The position numbers were made by a program, and so were the translations under genes. From NCBI GenBank assembly GCA_963730935.1, contig CAVSTP010000004.1, positions 1,408,001 to 1,472,000 of the forward strand: a stretch of 64,000 nt of DNA, read 5' to 3'. Positions 1 through 9,948 of this stretch are shown one piece after another; within the stretch, counting starts at the first letter, position 1, and the number at the start of each line of letters is the position of its first letter. The stretch is from an uncultured Nitrospiraceae bacterium. GTDB taxonomy: Bacteria > Nitrospirota > Nitrospiria > Nitrospirales > Nitrospiraceae. The notes under the pieces are model-generated. The model ran no database searches and was not told the DNA's origin. It saw nothing but the letters and a program-made list of their open reading frames with translations.

Positions 1-1
1 C

Positions 2-136
2 TTCAATTGCGGAGCAATCATTGATCGAACGATCGCCGAGAATCGTAGAAAGAGCCTCGACGCTAAAATGGTAAGAACCGACAAAGTCGAGGCCGAGGTT
101 AGCGACGCTGAAGGTACGACCGTCGCCACTGCCTAG
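2..136 (+). CDS. 3' end of a small putative zinc-finger protein (truncated by the window edge)
   Basis: Frame 2 reads FNCGAIIDRTIAENRRKSLDAK...TA*; the xNCGxIxDxxIxxNR pattern resembles small CxxC...CxNCG proteins. Confidence 0.5.
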   Translation, partial: FNCGAIIDRTIAENRRKSLDAKMVRTDKVEAEVSDAEGTTVATA

Positions 137-188
137 ATAGGGACGGCAACGAGGAAGGTGTTAGGAACCGCTCTCGCAGTGCGGCCGC

Positions 189-545
189 TTACTCCGATCC
201 CCCGACGAAGCGCAGGGCTCGGTCGCCGGTCAGGTTTTGCGGCTGTACGATATAGTGGCCGGTCATACTCGGGCTCCAGATCGCCTTTGCGATCTCGGTG
301 TTTCCTCCCGTCATCACCCAGGCCAAACTGCCGACCAGGCCTCCACTCACTGCATAAACGACCTTGGCCGCGCCATATGGCACGGTCGCCAGCCAGCTGG
401 CCGCTTGCAACCCCGCTCCGCTAGCGCTTCCTGAGTCCTCTGCCAAGGCGATGGCGGTGTTGCCTCCCAATGCGATGAGCAGCGCAAGGGTGATGACGAA
501 CGTCACCGCCCGCATACGCGACATCAATGTACAGCTCATGTTCAT
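189..545 (-). CDS. Hypothetical exported/membrane protein
   Basis: 118-aa ORF with a signal-peptide-like N-terminus; SD (GAGGAG) upstream; TTGCCT-N16-TATAAT at 614..587 on the minus strand. Confidence 0.7.
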   Translation of the reverse strand: MNMSCTLMSRMRAVTFVITLALLIALGGNTAIALAEDSGSASGAGLQAASWLATVPYGAAKVVYAVSGGLVGSLAWVMTGGNTEIAKAIWSPSMTGHYIVQPQNLTGDRALRFVGGSE

Positions 546-725
546 GTCTCTCTCCTCGTTTGGGGTGCGTAGCGAGGAACGGCCGCATTATATATGAATA
601 GAGAAGCGAGGCAAGTATGGGCGGAATGGAAGGTGGAGCAGCAGTGGTTCTACCGCCACCCCGTACTCCCCTTCTGGTGTGCGCGTTGGGCTAGCAAAGG
701 AGACCAACGGGTCACCTTCCATTTC

Positions 726-2009
726 TTATGCAAACCCGCTCGCCACCGTCGCCGGGTCAGTTTCGGTTTCATCGGTAGAATCGCCCCCAACTGAAATCCG
801 GCGGCTGAACAATGCTGCCGCGAGCCCCAGCAAGAACAGCACACACCCGATCCCGATCATGCTGACATATTCATTGGCCTGCTCCGTCAGCCATCCGAAA
901 AAAGAAATGCCGGCCAGTGACGTTGCCGTGGCAATCGCGGTGTAGATCGCCATGACGCGTCCGACCATGTCGGCAGGCACGAATTCCTGGATCATGCCCC
1001 AAGCGATCGGCGTCCACGTGCCAAATCCCATCCCGACGACCGTGACGAGCACCGTCGCGACCACCAGACTCTGTGTCCAGGCAAGCCCGCAAAGCGCGGC
1101 GCCTCCGATCACGCAGGAGATCGCAATGACTTGGACTCGCCTGCGTGTCTCCCATTGTGACAAGGGCACGAGCGCCAGCGACACCACAAACAAGCCGATG
1201 CCGAGCCACGACCAGAGATAGCCCACTTCGACCGGGCCCAGGGCCAGCATCTTTTTGCCGAAGACCGGAAACAACGTCGTGTAGGCCCCTGCCGCGAACG
1301 TATACAGAGATGCTAAGAGAATCAGCACCAGAATGGTGCGTTGGGAAAACAGCGAATATCGAATGCCTTCCACCAGATCCTGGAACGTCGCCGAAGCCGC
1401 ACCGACCTGCGGATGCGATGGCTTGCTCCACGGCAGCTTGATCGGCACCAGGCAAAGCGCCGACGCAAAATAGATCACGGCATTCGCGCAAAGCACTTCC
1501 TGTGAGCCGGCAAAGGCGATCCCGAGACCACTGAGCGCGGGACCGATGATGATGCCAATACTCGTCGTACTCTGGAGCATCGCATTGGCGGCGACGTACC
1601 GGGGACGGTCGACCAGAAATGGGACGGAGGACGACAGGGTCGGCACAAACATCGCCGTGGCGATGCCATAGAGGAAGACCAGCAGGTACAGCATCTCGAC
1701 CGTAAACACTTCGATCGAGAGTACACAGGGAATCAAGCCAATGAGGATCCCGCGGGTGACGTCAGTGATGATTAAAATGGCTTTCTTGGGCAGCCTGTCG
1801 ACTGTCACGCCGATGAGCGGGCCGAGGAGTATGGGCGAAAGCGTCTGGAGCAAGCCGATCACGCTGGTTTTCATCGCCGATCCGGTCACGGAGTATACGA
1901 ACCAGAGAAGCGCCAGGCGGCTGACGCCGTCGGCCACTTGCGACAACACCTGACTCCACCAGATCAAGGCGAAATCACGGCTAAGTAGGAGGCGCTTCTC
2001 TGTGGACAT
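726..2009 (-). CDS. MFS transporter (MFS_3/DHA3-like)
   Basis: About 12 hydrophobic segments; motif A GVTVDRLPKK; RDFxLxWxxQxxSQ N-terminus. Confidence 0.9.
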   Translation of the reverse strand: MSTEKRLLLSRDFALIWWSQVLSQVADGVSRLALLWFVYSVTGSAMKTSVIGLLQTLSPILLGPLIGVTVDRLPKKAILIITDVTRGILIGLIPCVLSIEVFTVEMLYLLVFLYGIATAMFVPTLSSSVPFLVDRPRYVAANAMLQSTTSIGIIIGPALSGLGIAFAGSQEVLCANAVIYFASALCLVPIKLPWSKPSHPQVGAASATFQDLVEGIRYSLFSQRTILVLILLASLYTFAAGAYTTLFPVFGKKMLALGPVEVGYLWSWLGIGLFVVSLALVPLSQWETRRRVQVIAISCVIGGAALCGLAWTQSLVVATVLVTVVGMGFGTWTPIAWGMIQEFVPADMVGRVMAIYTAIATATSLAGISFFGWLTEQANEYVSMIGIGCVLFLLGLAAALFSRRISVGGDSTDETETDPATVASGFA

Positions 2010-2129
2010 GTGTAGACCTTCGTCTATTGAAAGACGATAGCGTGTTTGGGTGCTGAAAGACAGAGGTGTGAGCTCTAGGGGTTAGGGCAAGAAGGATTGA
2101 TGGTAGACCTCCATTGCTCCAGCGAGAGG

Positions 2130-2300
2130 TGGGACCGCAGGGCCCTATCGCTGGTTGGCTCCTCAACTTGGTCCGTCCGAACGGACCTTCAAGCAGTGCG
2201 TCTCGCCATCGCCACCTGGGAAAAGGGCGCGTCCCGGGTAAACGATTGCACAGCAATCGGTGGGTAGGTGGGTGAAAAGGATTGTCCTGGGTTGGGCCCG
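2130..2300 (+). repeat. Copy of the modular intergenic repeat family
   Basis: 2135-2213 matches 56100-56190 and 40575-40642; 2220-2300 is the reverse complement of about 36795-36875. Confidence 0.85.
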
Positions 2301-2394
2301 CAGGGTTGCCCTAAAGCGTTTGACTTGCGTGGTATGCCCACCTAAAATCTCTTCTCAGCAACTCACCCACCCGAGTCTGAGGAGATGTGATTCG

Positions 2395-3190
2395 ATGACG
2401 GACAATCCTGTTGTAATGGCTGTATTCCTGGTGTTAGGTGGGCTCGTTGGAATTTGGGGCTTCTTCCGATTCCCGCTTCCCGCACTCCTCGTCAACTATC
2501 CGACGATGATCGTATCCAATGCCTTGAAGTTTATCCCTGCACTGGCGTTGCTCCTGGGCGGACAGACTGCCATCCAAGCAGAGCCGGTGGAGCGACTGGA
2601 CGATCATCTGATCTCGCAGGCTGAATCGCCCGAGACTGTCCAAGAGGCACCAAACACGATGGAGGCCGTGTTCGTCAGTGCCGCCCCAGTTCAGGTCTTC
2701 GGGTCGGATACAGTGGGAATCGGCTTGATGGACAAGGGATGGGTTCAATTCGTGGCGGGCGAATCGCAGCCGACGCCGTTGCCACTGCAAGCAGCCTCAG
2801 ATCCAACACAGCCGACACAGCCGAATCCAACACCGCCGACACAGCCAGAACAGCCAACACAGCCGACACAGCCAGGACAGCCAACAAAGCCGACAAAGCC
2901 ACCGACAAAGGGAGTGGATGATAACGGGTTCGCTGATGGTCGAGTACAGGCTCAGGGATAGGCTCGTGCTCACGATTGATCCGCCTCCGCAGCAGCAGCC
3001 CACACCACCAACCGACGCCGAAAGGCGTAATCAGACACGGCCTGCCGTTCGCGTGGTCATCTCTCCCGGCCCGGCGGATGATCCACGGTATCGCGCCCAG
3101 ACCGCACCTCGGAAGGAGCATACAGATGTGCCTGCTCGTCAACTCGCAGCTGAAAGGGCACCGTCCCTGAAAATGAGCGGGCGGAATTAG
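2395..3190 (+). CDS. Hypothetical membrane-anchored Pro/Thr/Gln-rich protein, probably split by a +1 frameshift at about 2910
   Basis: ORF 2260..2961 (TM segments, PTQ repeats) continues as ORF 2918..3190 if one G of GGG at 2910-2912 is removed; start uncertain. Confidence 0.5.
2803..2910 (+). repeat. 9-bp tandem repeats encoding (PTQ)n
   Basis: ccaacacag/ccgacacag/ccgacaaag units. Confidence 0.85.
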
Positions 3191-3201
3191 GTGTTTCCGG
3201 T

Positions 3202-4515
3202 TTAGGCGGCGGCCGCCACCGTCGTGTTCACCGCGCGGGGGGAGAACTGCATGGCCACAAGCGCCGTCAGCAGGAGCACGAGCCCGAGCCCGACGAGACT
3301 TTCCGCCGGACCGATCTTATCCGCGATCCAACCGAATCCGGACATGCCCACCATCGCGGCCGCCATCGATCCGGTGCTGAACGTTGTGAGCACTCGACCC
3401 ATCAGGTGCGACGGTGTGACCTCCTGCAGCAGTGCCCACACCACCGGATTGAGTACGGCGGCGCCCGCCCCCACGAGAAGCACAAATGCCGCCGCGATCA
3501 TCGGAGACTCCAGCACGCTCAGAGTGCATACCGCCAACCCGCCCACGGTCGTCCCCCTGACGAGGACTTGCATGCGGCTCTGAACATCGTTCTGCTGTTT
3601 CATGGCCAGCCATGAGGACGCTGCGAGCATCCCCGCCCCGAGAGCAGACCACAGCCAGCCGAGTTCTACCGGCCCCACCTGCAGCGACTCCTTCGCATAC
3701 ACCGGCAGGACAAAGACAAACGCACTCGCTCCCAAGTTATAAAGGGCCGAGATGGTCACCAACCCGAAGACAGTCGAGCGGTTGCTGAAGACGAAGCGAA
3801 AGCCGACAGAGAGATCGCTCAGCATTGATTTCGTCTCTGCCGCGGTCTTTGGCTCCTGCCGCAGGGTCTCGTTGCTACGAATCGGCATCAGACACAACGC
3901 ACTGATGAAAAACGTGGCAGCATTCACATAGAGCACGTATTGCGCGCCGATCAGCGCAATCAGCACCCCGCTCACCGCCGGCCCCAACAGAAGGCCGATA
4001 TTGTTCGTCCCCTGAATGAGCGCATTGGCCGAGACAAGCTCGGATCGCCGGACCAGGGATGGCACGGCCGAAACCAACGCCGGGCCAAACACTGTGGAAA
4101 CCATAGATTGCAGAAAGATCAAGACGAAGAGACCCTCGAGCTTCAGAAGGCCGAATCCGTACAAGGATGGAATGAGGAAGGTCAGCACCGTCCGAATGAG
4201 GTCCACCCAAATCATGACCGGCTTCTTTCGAAGGCGATCAAGATAAACCCCGATAAGAGGACCGAAGAACAAGGGAGGCACGGTCTGCAGCAGACCCACC
4301 GTCGCAATCATCATCGCCGAGCCGGTCAGCTCGTAGACGAACCACAGCAACGCGACCTTATTAAGACCTTCGCCGATTTGCGACGTGACTTGTCCCCACC
4401 AGAGCAATCCAAAATCCCGGGTCTGAATGAGCCGCCAGCCTCTGCTCTCGCAAGCCGCTGCGTCGGATGGCATGGCCGTTTGTTCGGATGCTTGTCTAAT
4501 CTGTTCACCGGTCAT
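3202..4515 (-). CDS. MFS transporter, paralog of 726..2009
   Basis: RDFGLLWWGQVTSQ; GVYLDRLRKK motif A; about 12 TM; AGGAGG upstream of the ATG at 4515. Confidence 0.9.
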   Translation of the reverse strand: MTGEQIRQASEQTAMPSDAAACESRGWRLIQTRDFGLLWWGQVTSQIGEGLNKVALLWFVYELTGSAMMIATVGLLQTVPPLFFGPLIGVYLDRLRKKPVMIWVDLIRTVLTFLIPSLYGFGLLKLEGLFVLIFLQSMVSTVFGPALVSAVPSLVRRSELVSANALIQGTNNIGLLLGPAVSGVLIALIGAQYVLYVNAATFFISALCLMPIRSNETLRQEPKTAAETKSMLSDLSVGFRFVFSNRSTVFGLVTISALYNLGASAFVFVLPVYAKESLQVGPVELGWLWSALGAGMLAASSWLAMKQQNDVQSRMQVLVRGTTVGGLAVCTLSVLESPMIAAAFVLLVGAGAAVLNPVVWALLQEVTPSHLMGRVLTTFSTGSMAAAMVGMSGFGWIADKIGPAESLVGLGLVLLLTALVAMQFSPRAVNTTVAAAA

Positions 4516-4980
4516 CGCAACACCCATCCTCCTGTGAAGTCCGTGATGCACCAGTGTGAGTGCAAACGACAGACCAGGGGACGAGTCAATCGACGAAGAA
4601 ACGAAGATAAGGAAAAACCTCAGAGAAGGGCAAACACGTACGGGCGGCCAAATCGAACGTGGGGAACAATTGCGCCACAGCTTCAGACAGATTTTCCCGA
4701 CTCGGGTCGTGAACCCGCACGACTAGAAGATCCCTAGGCCACGATCGCTTACATCTCCTTAACTTGTGCGCGATTATTGTCATACGAACTGTATGTTACG
4801 GCCTCTAGTAGTATCTCTCGCGAGAGGACAGCAAGGGAGGCGTGAGAACTATTGATCTCCATGCCCGACCGATTGCATGGTGGATCTGCTGAACGTGGAG
4901 AGTAGTTATATATGAGCAAAGTGCAGGTGTGAATCTGGGCCGACAGGAGGCAGAGGTTCGATGGCTAGCACCAGATACCG

Positions 4981-5032
4981 TTAGTGCCAGCTGGCAGCCA
5001 ACACGGTTTGCACTTCCTGCGGCCGCTGATCG
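4981..5032 (-). pseudogene. Remnant 3' tip of an RTX/hemolysin-type protein gene
   Basis: Encodes DQRPQEVQTVLAASWH*; 48/52 identical to 7047-7098. Confidence 0.65.
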
Positions 5033-5057
5033 TTATCTCGGATTTTAAATCGCGCGG

Positions 5058-5558
5058 TTAGCTGAGAGTCGTTGAGCTGCGTCCACTTGGCCGCCGTTCC
5101 TCAAAGGCAACGGCTGCCGCCTCAATCGCTTTGCGAAACTCCAATGGCGCATGAATGCCTGGGAACGTCTCTCTTGTGGACCCAGTGCCGGTCACATAGA
5201 GGGTCCCAAAATTGAAGAGCCGTCCCCAGATACTCTGTTCGACACCTATGTTCTCGATCTTTGTGAGGATGGTTTCCAAGGTGTGCCGACTCACAATGCC
5301 GGTCTTGATCAACACGCGCTTGTCTGTGACGGCAAATTCCGAGCAGCGCCATATGAGATAGCTATGGAACAAGACACCAAGCGGGATGACGAGGATGAGC
5401 AGAGACAGGTATGGATTGACCCCCTGGTAGATCAAACCTACGGTGCATGCAATGGCGAGCAATGAGAGAAGCACTGGCGAAAGGAATACCTTCCAATGCA
5501 GGTGAGTACGAAAAAAAATCTGCTCCCCTGAGAGGAGATTATCATCGACATAGCCCAT
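5058..5558 (-). CDS. Bacterial PH-domain (bPH_2-like) membrane protein
   Basis: Two TM helices, then EFAVTDKRVLIKTGI...IENIGVEQSIWGRLFNFGTL. Confidence 0.85.
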   Translation of the reverse strand: MGYVDDNLLSGEQIFFRTHLHWKVFLSPVLLSLLAIACTVGLIYQGVNPYLSLLILVIPLGVLFHSYLIWRCSEFAVTDKRVLIKTGIVSRHTLETILTKIENIGVEQSIWGRLFNFGTLYVTGTGSTRETFPGIHAPLEFRKAIEAAAVAFEERRPSGRSSTTLS

Positions 5559-5827
5559 CGTTTCTGCCTCACCCTGGTGGGCGCATTCTAGGAGTGTTGC
5601 AAGGAATGGGCAAGATCTAGGATGGAACCTTAGGCATAGCACAGTCTGCCTAATCTCTTGCAATTTTGCGCCCCTCGCCTGGCATGACGGTTAGTGGCTA
5701 TGCAGCGGTATCTCATACGTACGTATTATTTCCCCCTCCTTCAGTTTGCTCCCCTTGCACTTTTGCAGAATATCGTCCTGGCTCCGTTGGTTGTATAAGG
5801 AAAGTGCAGCAACCTTAGGAGGCTCCC

Positions 5828-6463
5828 ATGCTCCTCCGATTTGTCAGTAGCCTCGTCCTATTGATCATTTGCATCACGAGTTCCGCTTGCGCGAAAGGCA
5901 AGCCTCCTGTGGACATGGAGAATACTCGCGCCAAAAACGAGGCAACTGCGAGAGAGCTTCTCAACTTAGCCGAAGAAGGAAACGTGATCGCTCAAAACAG
6001 ACTCGGTCTGTTCTACAAGGCCGGCAAGGGCGTACCCCAGAACTATGGTCAGGCGAAAAGGTGGTTTGAAGAGGCTGCGAAGCAGGGCCACGCCGAGGCC
6101 CAAATCAATCTCGGCACGTTATATCTCCAGGGAGATGCGCCTCCGCAAAGCTCTCAGATGGCGTTGTTCTGGTTTGGTCGAGCGGCAGAGCAAGGAGTTG
6201 TTCCGGCTTTTGCGAACCTTGCTCAAATGTATCAAGAGGCACAAGGAGTACCCCAGGATTTTGTCCAAGCCTACAAGTGGCTTTACCTGGCTGCAACCAA
6301 TGGTGATGCGTCAAGTGCCGAAAGGCGTGATATACTCGCGACGAAGATGACCTCTGCCCAAATCACGGATGCGCAAAAACTAGCACGGGAGTGGAAGCCA
6401 ACGCGCAAATCAGTCGCTTCGAAACCCCTGGAAGCGAGTCAACGGAATATCACCAGGTTCTAG
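5828..6463 (+). CDS. Exported Sel1-like repeat protein
   Basis: Signal peptide; AQNRLGLFYxxGxGVPQNY and AQINLGTLY repeats; C-terminal MTSAQITDAQKLAREW. Confidence 0.9.
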   Translation: MLLRFVSSLVLLIICITSSACAKGKPPVDMENTRAKNEATARELLNLAEEGNVIAQNRLGLFYKAGKGVPQNYGQAKRWFEEAAKQGHAEAQINLGTLYLQGDAPPQSSQMALFWFGRAAEQGVVPAFANLAQMYQEAQGVPQDFVQAYKWLYLAATNGDASSAERRDILATKMTSAQITDAQKLAREWKPTRKSVASKPLEASQRNITRF

Positions 6464-6521
6464 AGACCCTCGCAAACATGGAAACCGAAACGATGCCAAC
6501 ACTTGTACCTGCAATTTAGAG

Positions 6522-6776
6522 GTGCCTATGGCGTTAGTTGCTTTAACTGTAACCCGTGTCGGTACCGGCCGTTTTGAAGTGCACGCGGATTATGGTGACA
6601 AGGGCACGACGGACGTCATGTGCGAAGACCTCGGCGACTTGGTTCGCACTATTCAACTCTGGGCTAGCGGCGATTGGAGTCAGAAACCGGACGCGAGAGT
6701 GTGCAATGCAAATTCGATGGGGGTGAGGACTGAGGCTTCTGTATTTCCTCAGTTCCCCCTACACGGAAAGGGTTGA
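6522..6776 (+). CDS. Hypothetical protein
   Basis: 84-aa ORF with a GAGGT SD-like motif; no recognised domain. Confidence 0.45.
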   Translation: MPMALVALTVTRVGTGRFEVHADYGDKGTTDVMCEDLGDLVRTIQLWASGDWSQKPDARVCNANSMGVRTEASVFPQFPLHGKG

Positions 6777-6785
6777 ATCGAAAGG

Positions 6786-7001
6786 GTGAGGATGGAAACC
6801 GAACAAAGCAATCCGCTGGAGTGTTCTGAGTGTAAAGGTGTCCTCTTGCCCGAACGTGCGATCCGCCTACAGAATGAGATTTGCGTACTGCGATATGTCT
6901 GCATGGGTTGTGACAGCAGATCCTATGCACTGAAGACCGGATCTCGCGTTCGGGTATATCCATCAGGCAATATTGAAAGTGTCACGGGTACTGCGAGCTG
7001 A
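6786..7001 (+). CDS. Small CxxC...CxxC zinc-ribbon-like protein
   Basis: CSECKG ... CMGC. Confidence 0.5.
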   Translation: MRMETEQSNPLECSECKGVLLPERAIRLQNEICVLRYVCMGCDSRSYALKTGSRVRVYPSGNIESVTGTAS

Positions 7002-7046
7002 TTCCAAAGCCGGATCTAAGCGCCCGTATTTCCTGAAACGAAAACC

Positions 7047-7170
7047 TCAGTGCCATCTGGCCGCCAACACGGTTTGCACCTCCTGCGGCCGCTGATCGAT
7101 GGCTTGATCCCACGTGAGGCCGGTTTGCTGGCTAAAGGAGGCCATGGCTTGGATCAACTGATTGACCTGG
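7047..7170 (-). pseudogene. Remnant 3' end of an RTX/hemolysin-type Ca-binding protein gene
   Basis: QVNQLIQAMASFSQQTGLTWDQAIDQRPQEVQTVLAARWH* resembles the QVxQLxQAMAxF...LAAxW C-terminus of RTX proteins; no 5' part is present. Confidence 0.65.
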
Positions 7171-7300
7171 GGTTTACGAAATTCCGACAATCCAACCTCA
7201 GACAACCTAACCCCACAAAAAACCACAAGCCAGCGAGCTCCTGACATGGGGATAGATGGGGCTGAGTTGTCCTGTCCTGGTAGCAGCGTGGTAGCAGATG
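7160..7300 (-). mobile_element. Integrase attachment-arm-like site, copy A
   Basis: 7267-7297 is the exact reverse complement of 20382-20412; it continues into a TGTGGTTTT tract and TTCGTAAACCCCAGGTC, as in copy C. Confidence 0.7.
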
Positions 7301-7509
7301 AGGGAGCTAGCAATTAGGGGTGCGGGTCGGTTTCCTTTCTGGCTGCCCTACAGACATCTCCTGCAGCCCCCGCATTCATGATGGCGATGCAAAATCCAAC
7401 AGTGAAGTCAGGGCAAACTAACATCCGCTTGCCTATCTATTGATCCCGACGCATTGATCACCGCGACACCGCCCTCGCCATCGCATCTCAAAAGGCTTCC
7501 CATGAATAA

Positions 7510-8199
7510 TTAGACCGGGGCTTTGAGCCGAAATCCGAATCCTCGAATGTTCTGCAGAGGCGAGCGAGTGCCTGAGTCGCGTTCGATCTTTTTGCGTATA
7601 GCATGAATATGCACATCTAACGTCCGATCTTGGACCGCCATATCTTCTCCCCAAATTCTCTCCAGCAGTTCCTTCCTTGTAAACGCTCGACCCGGCTCAT
7701 GCATCATTAGTTCTAAAATCCTAAATTCTCTATTAGTCAGGTCAACCAAGTGGCCATCGACTGTGACTTCATGTCGATCCAGGTCTATGGAAAGCCCTCC
7801 AACAACTAATTGTTTCTGCCTCCCGCTTTCCCTCTCTCGTCTTAGTATTGCCCGAATCCGTGCGATGATCCCTCGAAGAGATTGGTTACAAATCACGACA
7901 TCAAATCCACTCTCCATGTCTTCAATGCATTCGTCCTCCGTGCACTCCCACCCTGGAAGCTGAACGACCACGTTTAGCGTTTTTCGCAAGGCTTCAGAGT
8001 CTAGCAATTCTCTGAGATCTGGAATTCTTCGATCGATCAGCAATAAGGCAGCCGGATGTTCCAGCGCCCGGACGACTGCAGATACGCTGAACATAATGCG
8101 TATCTCATGGCCATTGTTCTTAAGGTGGGACTGAAAGGTTTGGCCAAAACGCTCATCTGCTGTCAGGACGAGGATATCGTCGTGATGAGCAGTGGCCAT
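7510..8199 (-). CDS. OmpR/PhoB-family response regulator with an atypical receiver
   Basis: C-terminal winged helix (LTNREFRIL...RKELLERIWG...RTLDVHIHAIRKKI...RGFGF); the receiver lacks the conserved KP(F) lysine. Confidence 0.9.
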   Translation of the reverse strand: MATAHHDDILVLTADERFGQTFQSHLKNNGHEIRIMFSVSAVVRALEHPAALLLIDRRIPDLRELLDSEALRKTLNVVVQLPGWECTEDECIEDMESGFDVVICNQSLRGIIARIRAILRRERESGRQKQLVVGGLSIDLDRHEVTVDGHLVDLTNREFRILELMMHEPGRAFTRKELLERIWGEDMAVQDRTLDVHIHAIRKKIERDSGTRSPLQNIRGFGFRLKAPV

Positions 8200-8323
8200 G
8201 TTAGCAGCGCTTCGCGTTGCGTGCCTAAACGGTCGTGGTATGCGGTCGTACAGTGTAACTGTACACTAGACGATCGTACAGTATCAACGTACACACTAAT
8301 GCCTGGGTAATCCCCCTCCTGAA

Positions 8324-8378
8324 TTAACTCGAAATTAAGAAAGTCGTGACAGGGGCGTCACCTGTCTTGGCTTATAAC
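8324..8378 (+). promoter_or_regulatory. Pho-box-like array plus -10 element
   Basis: Hexamers TTAACT(8324), TTAAGA(8335), GTGACA(8346), GTCACC(8357) at exact 11-bp period, then TATAAC(8373). Confidence 0.6.
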
Positions 8379-8408
8379 GCCGCCAGCAATAAACCATAGG
8401 GAGGCGTT

Positions 8409-9886
8409 ATGAGGCGTCGAAAGCAGACAGCACTGAAAGGCTGGCTCACGGCAGTCGTGACGGTACTTCTGTTATTTTTCGCTTTTCCTGTTCAAGCGCA
8501 GGAGCCGCAGCCTCCACCGACGCCGAGAGTAGGGCCTCCGTCAACTGCACGGGCGCCGATGAATGAACCTCGGCCATTGGAGAGCACCTCTATGGAGGAT
8601 CTCTTATTGGAAAAGGGGGTTATTACCCTCGATGACTGGATTCGCATCAAAGCAGAGGAGGAACGCAAGCAAAGTGAGCGTTCGGTGGTCGCAGAATTCA
8701 CGGGGAGTCCCCGTTGGTACGAACGAATCACGATGTTCGGCTATGGCATGTTCCGATATAACCTTGTCAATAACGCAAATTTTAGAACGTATCATGACGC
8801 CTCGGTCGGAAGTGTAAACGGCGGCGCTCAGCCTGGATTCTTTTTCCGCCGAATTCGTTGGGTGGTGACCGGCCAAGTCTCTGACCACGTATCGTTCTTT
8901 ATTCAGCCAGACTTGGCTACTGTGTCTACGGCATCGGGATTCACCAATACTCACGTCCTAACCATGCGTGACGCGTACGGTGATTGGAATGTTCGATAAG
9001 GAAAAGGAATATCGATTGCGGGTCGGATTGCAGCGTGTCCCTTGCTCATTCGATAACTGGCAGGCCAGCCGAGTCCGTATGGCCATCGACCGTGCCGATG
9101 GCACCAACTCCTGCGCCTCGAGCGAGCGCGACATGGGAATCGCATTCATGTGGACGCCGAAGATCGCCCAGCAACGCTACAAACAAATGCTGGATTACAT
9201 GTACGGTCCGGGCGATTACGGTGTCTTTCACATTCAGGTCTACAACGGTCAAGGGCTCAACCAACCGGAACTGAACAACGACAAGCATGTCGGCATGAGG
9301 CTGAGTTGGCCATGGGAGTTGCCAGGAGGGCGTCTCATCGAAACGGGCATGAATGCCATGCGCGGACAATTCTCAGTCAACCGAGGCACGCCCGCGGCAG
9401 GAACAGCCATCTGGTCTAATTTCGACGCAGGGCATCAATCCGGTAAGTACTTGGATGAACGGTTCAACTTCTACATTTATTGGCCTCCTCAGCCCTGGGG
9501 GTTCATTGCCGAATATGGGGTGGGACGGGGTCCCAAGCGGAATTCAGACCGGTGTCATCGAAGAAAGCTCGCTTTACGGCGGATATTTCCAAGGCCATTA
9601 CCAATGGAAGTACTCGGACATCGGACTGGCGAATTTCTACAGTCGATGGCAGGAGTACCACGGCGGCTTGAAGTTCCAAGCCGGTGCCCCCGATGATCGC
9701 ATGAAGGAAGTGGAAACCGGGATCGCCTGGCAACCAGATCCCCAGTGGGAGTTTACAGTCGCATACACCTTCGCTCAGCGGTTGAACGTGTTTAACGGGA
9801 CTCCGGCAACGGCCACCGTTCCGGGCCAGCAGATTGATGTTTACGCGAACCTTATCCGATTCCAACTGGTGTGGTTCTGGAATTAG
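8409..9886 (+). CDS. Phosphate/anion-selective porin (OprO/OprP-like), two apparent +1 frameshifts
   Basis: Signal peptide; FFFRRIRW, RDAYGD, LRVG, RDMG motifs; C-terminal RFQLVWFWN. Frames 8409, 8968 and 9353 join if single bases at about 8988 and 9549 are removed. Confidence 0.8.
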
Positions 9887-9948
9887 CGAATCTTGTCGCT
9901 TACGCAAACGGATTTATTTCTTAATAGGTTCACGCGAAGAAGAAAGGA

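Noticed and set aside
7047..7313. 88-aa ORF as a real gene
   Set aside because: A chimera of the att-arm sequence and the RTX tail remnant.
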